From assembly GCF_021869535.1 (NCBI RefSeq), contig NW_026262712.1, forward strand, positions 50,902,001-50,966,000: a DNA stretch of 64,000 nucleotides, written 5' to 3'. The stretch comes from Mytilus californianus (Eukaryota). Shown piece by piece: positions 36,905-48,211 of this stretch. How positions within the stretch are numbered: position 1 is the first letter of the stretch; the number at the start of each line of letters is the position of its first letter. The position numbers and the translations under genes are program-made. The notes beneath the pieces were generated by a model, which was given only the letters and a program-made list of their open reading frames with translations, did not search any database and had not been told where the DNA came from.

Positions 36905-39900
36905 CTGTAAAAAAAAATACATGAAGCATGAATGTCATGAATGGAGGACAATAAACTACAAAAGACGTTAACTAAAACTCTTCCTCTTTTTTAGGTTTAC
37001 TTTGAATGTAATTTAATCAAATCGTCTTCAAAACTATTGTGTCCTACCTTTTACAAGTAAACAATCTACAGGCAAACTTTCGCGGTAGGGAAACCAAAGT
37101 GATAAAACAAAACGGACGAAGATGACCACAGACAACTACATGTAACATAAAAACAACGCCTTATTCGAGTTTGTACTATCATGGAAAATTGCATGATTGT
37201 ATACAAATTTTTAATTTGCGTGTTTCAATGTATGAAAGTGATTTTCTTTTTAAAAGTCACCTGACTTTAACATTGTCTTTAGAATGCAGCTTTTTTCTTT
37301 AGCTATGGAATATATTTGTTTAAATCGAGATTTTTGCTCCTTTTAAATCTAATTTTTTTTTACCTAATTTTGGAAATTGTATGCTTGAATTCAGAATTGC
37401 ATATACGTGGTGTAGGTGCTTTGCATGAAGCTATGCCACACTGTTTTAGAGTGATTATTGTCATTTCCGTGTATATCTATTGTTAATATTTGTTGTTAGT
37501 GATTAACAGACTTCCATTGGTAGTGTAGTTCACTTGTATTTGTTTGGCGGTTTTGTGAACACTTTGTGATATCATTTCAAGGTTAAGATTGATATGTTTG
37601 GGTTTTTTTCTCGCGGTTTTTTCCACCAGCTAATTTCAGTAATGGATAAAGGAACTGCACATTTTGAAAACAAGATATCGATAATGAAAATGTAAAAGAA
37701 ACACGGAATTGCACTTAAAAGTTTTTTTCATAATTATTCCTGGTAGGGTGCATAGAGTGTTTGGCGGGGATGGGGGAATTGGAGGAATAGCGTTTTTGGT
37801 AACTTTTATTACATGCACATATCTGTGTGCAATTTATAAAAAAAGATGCAAGTTCTTTCTTGTTGGTACGTTGGAACAAAGATATCTTAACATTATACTT
37901 ACGTAATTCAAGTCCTTGCATGTACGTTCTGGAGAATTGTCGTTTTGCGTTATTCCTAGCTTTTTCAAAATTGCATCTCTTCGGAACATCCTTGCATGTA
38001 TCTGTAAAGGTATCTCATCAGAATCTATCTTTTCGACTGGCGTGTCCAGTTGTGAAAATAAGTATATGGTAACTTTTGAAACAGATTCGTTAAAGAGAGC
38101 CGGATTGAATGCTGACTGATATGTGAAATAACTCTCTATCTGAAATAAATTTGTAAAAATACTAATAATTATATAGGTTAAAAAAAACACATTTTAACAG
38201 GATTATTGCATCCCTAGTAGAGTATTGTATATTCTACGAGAGGTTATTATATCTACCGTTATCCGTGCAATAACATAGATTTTATTGTATTGCAACACAA
38301 TGGCAAGAACATATACCAAACGAAAATGTCGTCGGTTTGAAGCGATATTGCATTGCATGTTATACCGGCGAATATTGCACGCCAAGTTTTGGTAACATTC
38401 CATACGGGGAATCTGGGACTTTTATACTAACTGTCAATATATTATGTCCCACTCCCAGAGGGAATATTTTTATTTGCTATGCAAACTTAAATTTTCATCC
38501 TTGACTAGACTGTGAATATGAAAGGAATGCATCTGCTGGTAAAAACAGTAGAATGTCCTTGTTAACTAACTTCAGTAATAGTTGAAAAATCTGAATATCA
38601 TATGAAAAATACATAAATTACTTACATTAATTCGAGTTGAATCTGGACCAACAAGATCTGATAACCACATCTGCGACTGTTTAACCCAGTGCGACTTGTA
38701 TTCTTTTGGGTCTATGGTTATCTGATGGGCTTTCAGTAACGGCTGAAATATGCCATTTGGAATTATTTTAGAATGCTGTTCTCTCTAATTCTGCAGTGTG
38801 CATTAAAATTATTATCCGTTTGATAAATTTTTACATAAACAACACGTTGAAAAAATTTTGCCTCGTGTAAATTTCCGCCAATTCCACTCGGAACAATGTA
38901 CTCGGCTTTTTTCCATTGAATTAGTAGAGAGAGAGATCCACTCAACCCCGTTGGAAGTATTTATCCAAGCTCGATTGTTTAGATTTTAAAGTTTGAATAC
39001 TCTGTATGTTTTTTTATGCGAATTTTTTTTTTCTTTTTTACCTCCCTTTAATTTTTAATGTTGTTGTTTTTTTGTTTTTTTTTTATTAAATGGTCATATT
39101 GATTTGCGTGACAGATTAAAAGGGACTTACACTGTTACACATCTTTTTATTTTGTTAAACACAGCCTTGTGATTTGATTTGATTTTTGGTGTTTTAACGC
39201 CACTATTAAGCACCGCTTTTGGGCTATTTCGTGGCGGCCAGTTTTTATTGGTGTAGGAAGCCGGAGTGCTCGAAGAAAACCACCGACCTTCGATAGGAAA
39301 ACTAACAATCCTAGTCAATTAAGATTGGAGTCGAGTGCACCCGCACGAGCAAGGTTCGAACTCACAACCTCAGTGTTGACTGGCTAGTGGTTACAGTAGT
39401 AACTACTTAGACCACTCGGCCACCGAGGCCCCCTCACAGCCTTGTGTATGCAGAAATTAAACGTTGAGTTCGTTTTTTCGTTTTTTGCCATGACATTGTC
39501 AGTTTGTTTTCAACTTATGAGTTTGAATGTTCCTTTGGTATCTTTCGCCTCTCTTTTTTAACATACTTTTCATTGATAGCCTTTTTAATTTTGAGGATAT
39601 TTTCAGTGAATTGTCATCGTCCATCCTCGAGCTCATCTTAATTCATCTGACAAAACAATTGAACTGAATTCGAATCACTGTGTTCAATACAATATCTCAA
39701 ATTTCTAACTGTTTTGTTGAAATACTGAAAAATGTTCAATGTTTCGTATCATTTTAAGCGGTTTTTTAGAGCGAGACGAAAAAGGGATGAAATCTGAAAA
39801 CTATTGATAATCATGAGTATTTAAATCATACCTCCAAAATTTTGTTAGTTTCTACAAAGTAATCATTCAAAGAATCTAGAACAACTCTACCATTGTCCCC

Positions 39901-42900
39901 TCTACAGTAGAAAAGAAATGTAGAAATTGGTTGCAGAATGTATTGGAGAAGATTTTCATATTCCGTGTCTAAAGTGATGTCCTGTATAAGTAGATGGATA
40001 GGAAGTTGACCATTACTGAATATTCCATGATTAACACCATCTAACACTACCATTGGATAACGGTATTTTAGACTGGGATCAGCTTTTATTTGTTGTAGAA
40101 ACTTTCTGTTTGAAAAATGAATAGATGAAATGATAATTATTATATTAAAGTAAATGGTATTGAGAATTCTTCCAAACATTCAAGTACTTACCAATTACAA
40201 AAAAATGTATTCCTATTTTCCATTTTTTTTTTCTAAAAAGAATCATTTTAATTGCCTTTTTTAGCTCACATCAAATCTTGAGAAGTAAAAATGACCAACA
40301 GTTTAAGGTCTATCTCCTGCAAAATTTTCAGAATAATCGGAAAACCCATTTTGGAGTAATTGCCCCTAAAATGTTTTTTTTTCAAATTTCGCAGTTTTTG
40401 GTTATTATCTTGAAAACTATTACAAATAGAGAGAAATTTTATTTAAACAGTAAAAATGACCAGAACAAGTAAACTTGACAGAAATCATCTAACGATCAGT
40501 TAGGATTGGTTTTTAAATGATGAATTTTAACCTTTTTATGGTTTTTTTATGACAGCTATAGTTGAAATAAAGAATCTTTCGATAGTAAAAACGTTCAACA
40601 AAATCAGATCTACGAATAAGTCAACATGGACAAATGGTCAATTGACCCTTTATTGAGTGTTTGCCCTCAAAAGACTAATTTTACTCATCTTTGCGTTTTT
40701 TTGCAGAAACTATAACAGATAGAGAGAAATTGTAAAGAGCAAAAGTGTTCAGCAAAATAAAATCTACAAATAAGTGAAATTTTCAATTGACTGCTTATAG
40801 GGGTTATTGCCATTGAAAGATGTTTTTTATCAATTTTCTCTTTTTGCAGAAACCATTATACAAATGTAGATAGATGGAAATTGTAAATTACAAAAATGAA
40901 CAGGGCCAAAGTTGTCAACTGCCTCTTTTTAGGAGTTATTACCTCTGAATTACCAATTTTAACCATTTGACGATTTTTGTGGAAACAAAGATAAATAGAT
41001 AACAACATTGTATAGAAAAAATGTTCTGTAAAATAAGATATTATACAAATAAAACAACATTGTTGAAATTGTCAATTGACCCCTGAAAGGAGTAATTGTC
41101 CATGAAAGATGTTGGTTTTTTCTTCATTTTTGCAGTTTTAGCACAAACTATAATAGATAGAGAGAAAAAGAAAAAAGGCAAAAATGTTCAGCACAATACA
41201 ATCTACAAAATCAGTCACCATGGCCGAAATTGGCAACCAGCTCGATATGGAAGTTGTTTCCCCTGAATGATGAAATTTTTATCCATTTTTAAATTTTTTT
41301 GTAACTATAGGAGTTAGAGAGAAAATTTGAAAAGTAAAAAAGATTAGCAAGATACCAATCTACAGGTAAGTCAACATGGTCAAATTATCACAATAGTTAA
41401 ACAGGATTTATTGCCATTAAATGACGTTTTTATTTCAAAAACTTTAATCATTATAAACTGTAAACATTAAAGAGTAAAGAAGATCATCAATACAAGACCT
41501 ACAAAAATGCCACCAAAAAAAGATCTACATATAAGCAAAAATAACTGACTGCAATATTTAAAAGGGGAAAAAATAAATATCAAAATGGCATATTTTTTTA
41601 CCAAGTGAGCGATTCAGGCTAATGAGATCCTCTTGTTTCTTTTTCTTTTTCTGATTTTTACTGATTTTAGTTTTTGATCCCTTTTGAATTGCGTGTTTTA
41701 TTAAATATAGAAATTTTTTAGGAGTTTGGAACAAATTGTAGTTAAGAAAATCGCAAGCCCCCAAAAAAGTCAATGGCATTCCTTATAGCGCTGAGTGTCG
41801 CAGTGAAAAACGCTCTTTTATCTCCCCGAACTACAAGCATTTCATGCGTGGAATATGTGGAAACCAACGATTTATTATGAAAACCTAAATATATGGGAAT
41901 ATTTAATTTCTTATTAATGTATTTCTCTTCCGGTGGTACTCTATTTTATATTATAAATATAAAGGAAACTTATTTTGTACATTTTATGGAATGTCTTGCG
42001 AAAAACGAAGTAGAAAAGAACACGTTCTTAATTAAATATTATGTAATCTTTTATAAACACAACGTACAAAAACATTAATTTAATGACAAGAACACGCTTT
42101 CGAAAACGATAAACTATTTATGATATATTAGTTATGTATGATTTATCTATATTCCTTTCGTTTCATCTTCAGGGAACTAACAACCGAGCACAAAGACATG
42201 ATCATGAAGAGGACTTGAAATGCATTTTTCAAAACCAAGTGTATGCATACTTTGTTTTCCGCAAATGTTATAAATCATGTGGTCTGATGTTTTTCTTGCA
42301 AACTTTGCGTTTAAAAATAGCAATGAAAATTCCTTTGCATTACGGATAAATGTGTGCAATTTTGAATTTTTCGCCGATCGCTCCCCAAGAAAAGATTTAA
42401 AGAGTTTGTATTGTTTTATTCGGGATTTCAAAAACACATGTAAACCAATCAATCAGACGACAGAACTTCTTTCCTATAAAATATAAGGTCAATGTCATAA
42501 TTTTTTAAATTTGTTTGTATGAGGTTTAGAAACTGGGAAAGGGCGAGATTTACCAAGTCCTTCGATAGTTCCGTGTCGAATACAAAAAAAGTTGATAATT
42601 TTTCTGACATTGATCAATATTGTTTTTATATTGCATGTAAACATCGCTTCAATTATGGTTATAAATATGTTTACACAAAAATAAAATATTCTCCATCTCT
42701 AAACGAGCCCCAAATTGTAAAGAAACCGAAGTGACTCGACATGAAATTGACATCGCACGAAATATCACTTTGTTACTTTCTTTGGTCAATAAAGACAACA
42801 GGAAGTGTTCTAGTTGCGATATAATTCTTGAAATTGAAAACGAAAAAGATCAGAAATACAATACAATGTAGCTGTGTTTATATTTATTCAGATAAGGAAT

Positions 42901-45900
42901 TGCATAGCTATTTTCAAAAGAGGTGTATTATCTAATATGAACGTTTGAAACAGATTTGGTAACTGCTTTAGCGAGAAAAGATAATAAGTAAAATAGAGAA
43001 TGGAAACGGGGATTGAGTCAAAGAGACAACAACCCGACCAAAGAGCAGAATAAGACCTATTTGAGTCAATTCAATTTTCATTTCCGTATAGCTGTCTAAT
43101 ATAGGTATTCTTGATTAACTCACTTGTAAACATTAGCTAGTGTTGTGATTTTTGTTAATCCGTCTAAATTCCCAATAACAGTCATTGTAGGTACATTCAA
43201 CTGCAATAATATCTTGTCTGACATAACATGAGTCCCAAGTAGTATAATTCCGCTTACTACGTCTGGGTATTCTGACACAAACTGTTGAATTAACGATCCT
43301 AAAGAGAGAGAGAAAAACATGGTATTACTGTATCAAAATAGATGGCAACTTTAACGTGATTGCAACATAAGTAGAGTGCTCGAAGCAACACAATCTTATT
43401 AAAATACAGCTCCTGTGTTCAAGCTTTGCTTACAAGGATCTGTCAAACTCCGCTTTACTTTCTGTTCTGTTGATTATTACATCAGCCAATGAAAATCCAG
43501 CCTTCAAATATTTGAAGGTGTGTATTAATCTAAAAAAAACAACAGAGGATCCCGAAAGGTCTTTAGAACAGAAAGTAGATTTGAGCATTTTCAGATCCTT
43601 GTAAGCAAAGCTTGGGACAGGATCTGTATTTCAATGAGATTTGAAGCAACATGAACGAAGAATTGAAACTCCGAAGGACAAGACAAGATGATCTACAAAC
43701 CAATAGTCTATAATTATTATCATCGACAAATAACTAAAACAATCAGGAAAAAACATATAAAGGTTAAATTTAGATAATTATGGCGAACGATAAAAAAAAA
43801 TCCAATCAAATGTTACCCTCTTCTTATGAATATTTACTTGGCATGTCTTGTATCTATTTGTTAAATCTTTCGCTCTCCTATTTTTTGGCACATAGGATTA
43901 AAAGAAGTTCATTCTGAAAGTTGGTTTAAACTTTCAATTTAAATATATATATATTAGTCACAGGTATCTTGTATTGAAAAGAAAGTGGTCATAGGTTTCT
44001 CCTCTAGAAGATGGTAAAGAGGCCGGCTAGGTATGTGTTCAAAGTCTATGTAGATCGGTCCACTTGTAATTTTATCGATATAAGGAATCTTAGTGTCATT
44101 GGTAGCACATGGTCAGAAGCGATGTCGTGTTATATGTAATAGCCAAAGATTTTACATGTTTGTGCGTAAACCCCGAGCCCATCAACTTGTCCTTGACCTA
44201 TTTCACAAGAAGAACCCCACATGGAAAAACAGTCGTAAGTCATTACATTTATTTTTGCAATCAGATCGATCAGATTGGTAATTCTGGTTAAAGAAAAATC
44301 CAAAAGAACAATAGTCGTACTTCATCGCTGTGCCTTTTCATTATAACATTGGAGATATATAATTTGAACCGTATTCTTGAGTAACTTTATTGATTTTGTT
44401 AAAACAAATATGCATTACAATTCAGTGTTTGTTTCTGTTCTCTTTTTTAAATTCGCTTAGAGAGTTTATCTTGCTATATTTTCATTCGATAAAGCTATTT
44501 AAAAAAATAGCTCTTGCTACCACAAGTACAAGGAATAGTAAATAACACTAAATCTTATGATACTATACAATTACAATTATAGCCTTTGTATGAGGTCGAT
44601 ACGAGGATATATCGACCTGAAAGAAGTATATTGACTGAGGACGCAGTCCGATGTCGACATATCCTCGTATCGACCTCATAGAAAGGCTACAATTTTTATA
44701 GCATTATTGTCAATAGCACCAATTCATTTGTTTTGTTGTTTCGATTGTGTCAGATATTCTAAAAACAACCGTGCAATATCACTTTAATATCTGCTGGTTA
44801 CAGTCTATCTTTGAAAATATAGTTGAACATGTGACTCTTTCTAAACGAATCAAATTAGTTATAATATTCACGATAATAATATAAATGTATATAAAAGAAA
44901 TCAGACTGAACATTTATCAACTCAGCGATGGACCAAATTGTTAAACTTGAAGTGGATACGGTATTGGTGTGGTCGATACAACATTCCCCAAAATGCAAAC
45001 AGCTATCTACCAATGCAAGGGAACACGGTTTTTAGTGCTTTATTTTATCTTATATATGATAATGGCTCTTAAATTGTTGTATCTTCATGATTTTTACTAT
45101 TAAGGTATATTTTTTTGTATTATTTATGGGAGATCTGTGAAAGTCTATGTAAGATGCTTACAGCTTTTCTAAACTGCATGTGGTTTAGAGCTTGACATAT
45201 GTATACGCTATATTGACTTGTAAATGTGCTCTCATTTACGCCCGGGATTCTGTCAATGACGTTAGAATGATGTAAATGGCGTTGGGATGCTGTCAATGAC
45301 GTTGGATTATTGTCAATGATGTTGGATTATTGTCAATTGCGTTTGGATGCTGTCAGTGGCGTTTAGATGCTGTCATAACGTTGGGATGCCATCAGTGACG
45401 TTTAGGGTGCTGTCAATGATATCGGGATGCGGTCACTTTCGAAAGGGATGCTGTCACTGATGATTTGCAAAAGGGATGCTTTCAGAAACGTTAAAGTGCT
45501 GGCAATGACGTTTGAATGCTTTCATTGGCATTTGTCAATGGCGTATAACCAATATTTCCTTTAATGCATACTTCAAATTTTTATATCGTCCTGAACATGC
45601 ATGAAATATTTGCTACTGGACGTTAAGCAACCAACAATCAATCAATTTAATTTTTATTTGTTAAGGACACGTAAATTGTGAAGTTATTATATTGGTATAT
45701 CGGATACAATTTTTAACGTTAGAAATACCAGACTGGCCATGTCCACCAAGAATTATTTGTACTTTTCCAGTGGTCTTCTTTAAACGGTACACCTCTGTGT
45801 TGATCATATCGACCAGTCGTAAAACGTCTGTAACCTCATAATATGTTCCTCTTTTGTCTTCAATGATACCTATCCATAACTGTAGTGGACAGAATGTCTG

Positions 45901-48211
45901 GATAGCGGTGCCTATAAAAAATATAACAAAGAGAATTACCTACCATAATTGTAGTGGACAGAATGTCTGGATAGCGGTGCCTATAAAAAATATAACAAAG
46001 AGAATTACCTACCATAATTGTAGTGGACAGAATGTCTGGATAGCGGTGCCTATAAAAAATATAACAAAGAAAATTACCATCCATAACTGTAGTGGAGAGA
46101 ATGTCTGGATAGCGGTGCCTATAAAAATTATAACAAAGAGAATAACCTATCCATAATTGTAGTTGAAAGGGTGTCTGGATAACGGTACCTATAAAAAAAT
46201 ATAACAAAGATAATTACCGATAGTCGTATGTTCGAAAATTAAAACCGCCGTAATTCATCGATTGGATCGAAGTTTATAATACCCCTGCTTAAAATGAGTA
46301 GGGTTGTACTGGTTTTTCGATGTTCGTCCATCACACATTTCTAGCGAATTCTTACTCATAGACTACAAATAATATCTTCATAATATTTAGTTGAAGATAT
46401 TTCGTGTGACATTATATAAATAACACATAGCTGAGAGGATGATAGAGCAGATTGTTACCCCGAGAAAACATTGTCAACTGAGGCGAAGTCAAGGTTGATA
46501 ATGTCTTTTCGAGGGGTAATAATCTGCTCTATCACCCTCTCAGATATGTATTATTTAATTTATTATACTGAATGTTCTGTCTTTAAATTTCAAATGCAAA
46601 GTCATAAACTATGTCGTTTTATACATAACAATCATCCGTATTTATTAAAGCGCACACTTGAGCAAGCGTCTCCGCGAAGGGTAATATGGTATTTGCCATG
46701 GGAAAGAGTAAATTGTCTCCCTCGTATTAACTAATCAAAATCTGGCATTTTGACATGAAGTATAATAAAGTAAATTGTCTCCCTTGTATTAACCAATCAA
46801 AATCTGGCATTTTGACGTGAAGTATATTAAAGTAAATTATCTCCCTCGTATTAACCATTCAAAATCTGGCATTTTGACATGAAGTATATTAATAATATTA
46901 TGTTATTCTGGACCTTCACGTGGGATATTACTAGTTAAAAAGTGTGCTAGCTATTGACCTTATACAAAAATACGGGGTCAGTATATTCCATACGGGACAA
47001 GAGCTCATGTGAAGCCCGAATAACAATGATATTATATTGGAGTGTCCTAATTTCAACATAAGTGACAATTCTGATCTTCATTTTTTTTGTTCACAGGATA
47101 AATGGGTTCATATACTCTGTCACGATAACCAATCAAATTGCAGGACTAGCCGGGATTATTCATACCAGTATATTATCCATCATTTTTATATGTCCTATAT
47201 ATGTCGCACATGTTCTTTACTTGATGCATGAATAAATAAATTTGGTGTATTTACTGTCTTCTGATTGGTTAAAAGTATTACCCTTATTTTCAATGTTGTC
47301 AATTTTTATGGCGACACGCCCACTCTGACGTTGTGTATTCATACGCCAACATGTGTGTACGTTGTTATTGTTAATATAAATAATATAAAAAGCTCTTTGA
47401 GCCTTATATTTGATAGAAATTTATTCATAATGAATGACAATAATTTATTTTGAATTTATTGAACCATAAAATTAATTTTTGACTCTTCACATTTAACATA
47501 ATCCGCTTCGCGGATTATTCAATGTGAAGAGTCAAAAATTAATTTTATGGTTCAATAAATTCAAAATAAATAATAGTCATTCATTAAATAAAATAAATGA
47601 GATTCAACATATAAGCGTTGATTCTTTCAAAAGATATCATGAGCCTGGAGGGCTACGTTTTAGGGTTTGTTTTCTTAATCAGTGCAAGGAGGTTGTATAT
47701 AACCTCTTTGATCAGTGGAACTTATGAATACCGTTTAATGAATAAACATGATTATGTTCAATGTAAAAGAGAATATATCCTAAATAGCTCACTCACACTA
47801 GATATAAAGCTTATAAGCTTTAATATGATTTTTGGATATTTTACATGAATATATGACTTAAATAAACTGAAAACAGAGTATTCCTCTGAAATTTTAGTAA
47901 GCAACGATTAGTCATTCAAACTTGAATAAGATAATCAACTTTCAACTGTATTTTTAAACACGGCGTAAAAACCCGGAAAGAAAATAATGCTATAAAGCGC
48001 GAATACAATGCATGGTTTGGTTAAAGTGCACTATATAAATTAGAAAAAAATATATCTATTTACCTAAGGATTTGTAAGCTTCAGCTGGAACGTCTTCCTC
48101 GGGAAATAAAATGAAAAGTACGGCGTCACCTCCATGTTTTTTTGCTGTCAGAATTCTATGGCTGACGACAAGAGGCAGAATTATTCCAAACACTAACAGT
48201 ATGAATTGCAT
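36629..48211 (-). CDS. Secreted alpha/beta-hydrolase-fold protein (Abhydrolase_5-like), 7 exons, 469 aa, probable pseudoenzyme
   Basis: Exons 48064-48211, 45729-45911, 43124-43298, 39832-40105, 38626-38742, 37903-38139, 36629-36904 total 1410 nt. All introns are GT-AG with matching phases (1,1,2,0,0,0) and the frame stays open. Motifs: LWIG, GGHGQSG, GNLDG, GVNH, C-terminal CTLLPPIRAMEWIY. Confidence 0.9.
37903..38139 (-). CDS. Hydrolase exon 6
   Basis: TTATTTCAG|IESYFTYQSAFNP...PERTCKDLNY|GTAAGT; 237 nt. Confidence 0.9.
38626..38742 (-). CDS. Hydrolase exon 5
   Basis: ATATTTCAG|PLLKAHQITIDPKEYKSHWVKQSQMWLSDLVGPDSTRIN|GTAAGT; 117 nt. Confidence 0.88.
39172..39434 (-). mobile_element. Full-length tRNA-derived SINE with a 12-bp target-site duplication
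   Basis: Reverse complement begins GGGGCCTCGGTGGCCGAGTGG (A box) and has GTTCGAAC (B box), a GGTCGGTGGTTTTCT..ACTCCGG.TTCCT core and an (AAATC)n tail. CACAGCCTTGTG flanks it at 39160-39171 and 39435-39446. Confidence 0.92.
39832..40105 (-). CDS. Hydrolase exon 4 (His, GVNH)
   Basis: TTTCAAACAG|A AAG: KFLQQIKADPSLKYRYPMVVLDGVNHGIFSNG...NKILE|GTATGA; 274 nt. Confidence 0.92.
40257..41637 (+). mobile_element. Helentron/HINE-like element with degenerate internal ~165-bp repeats
   Basis: Starts TTTTTAGCTCAC and ends CAAGTGAGCGATTCAGGCT..CCTCTTGTT (subterminal inverted repeat plus 3' end). GTCAATTGAC(C/T) motifs recur internally. Confidence 0.6.
43124..43298 (-). CDS. Hydrolase exon 3 (acid residue, GNLDG)
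   Basis: CTCTCTTTAG|GA TCG: SLIQQFVSEYPDVVSGIILLGTH...GNLDGLTKITTLANVY(K)|GTGAGT; 175 nt. Confidence 0.92.
43391..43642. mobile_element. 252-bp MITE with ~80-bp TIRs and a 9-bp TSD (Mutator-like signature)
   Basis: CAATCTTATTAAAATACAG..CTTTGCTTACAAGGATCTG..TTTCTGTTCT is mirrored at 43565-43642. GAAGCAACA flanks it at 43382-43390 and 43643-43651. Confidence 0.85.
44577..44693. repeat. Foldback hairpin (~36-bp arms)
   Basis: AGCCTTTGTATGAGGTCGATACGAGGATATATCGAC ... GTCGACATATCCTCGTATCGACCTCATAGAAAGGCT. Confidence 0.85.
45241..45545 (+). repeat. Degenerate ~20-bp minisatellite (GGATGCTGTCAATGACGTT)
   Basis: More than a dozen diverged copies in hydrolase intron 2. Confidence 0.8.
45729..45911 (-). 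CDS. Hydrolase exon 2 (nucleophile-elbow strand)
   Basis: TTTTTATAG|GC ACC: TAIQTFCPLQLWIGIIEDKRGTYYEVTDVLRLVDMINTEVYRLKKTTGKVQIILGGHGQS(G)|GTATTT; 183 nt, phase 1-1. Confidence 0.88.
45868..46218 (-). repeat. Five tandem 69/70-bp units, each = intron-1 3' splice site + first 37-42 nt of exon 2
   Basis: CCATAA anchors at 45874, 45943, 46012, 46081 and 46151. AG| positions at 45911, 45980, 46049, 46118 and 46188. Confidence 0.95.
46431..47586. mobile_element. Probable composite non-autonomous element bounded by two foldback hairpins (46431..46543, 47429..47586), with an internal 62-bp x3 array (46707..46891)
   Basis: Both hairpins are directly visible, with GAGGCGAAGTCAAGG and CCGCTTCGCGG cores. 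AGTAAATT starts at 46707, 46769 and 46831. Treating them as one element is inference. Confidence 0.55.
48064..48211 (-). CDS. Hydrolase exon 1 (signal peptide)
   Basis: MQFILLVFGIILPLVVSHRILTAKKHGGDAVLFILFPEEDVPAEAYKSL(G), ending TTAG|GTAAAT, phase 1. Not in the ORF track (<60 aa). Confidence 0.88.

Noticed and set aside
37715-37835. Possible extra or alternative terminal hydrolase exon (ICACNKSYQ...)
   Set aside because: It would drop the conserved C-terminal CxLLxPxRAMEWIY block, which exon 7 supplies in phase.
39360-39434. tRNA-like sequence
   Set aside because: It is the head of a SINE with core, tail and TSD, not a tRNA gene.
44109-44291. Plus-strand ORF with an internal GTAAGT donor at ~44235, possible nested antisense exon
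   Set aside because: No recognisable domain and no convincing partner exon.
45854-46207. Repetitive ORFs on both strands (HNCSGQNVWIAVPIK.. and RHRYPDILSTT..)
   Set aside because: By-products of a 69-bp (multiple of 3) repeat. The biologically meaningful frame is hydrolase exon 2.
47097-47240. Strong + strand acceptor (T8GTTCACAG) followed by a hydrophobic frame, TAA and AATAAA
   Set aside because: Lies inside a hairpin-bounded repeat element and no upstream exon could be linked. Only RNA-seq could rescue it.
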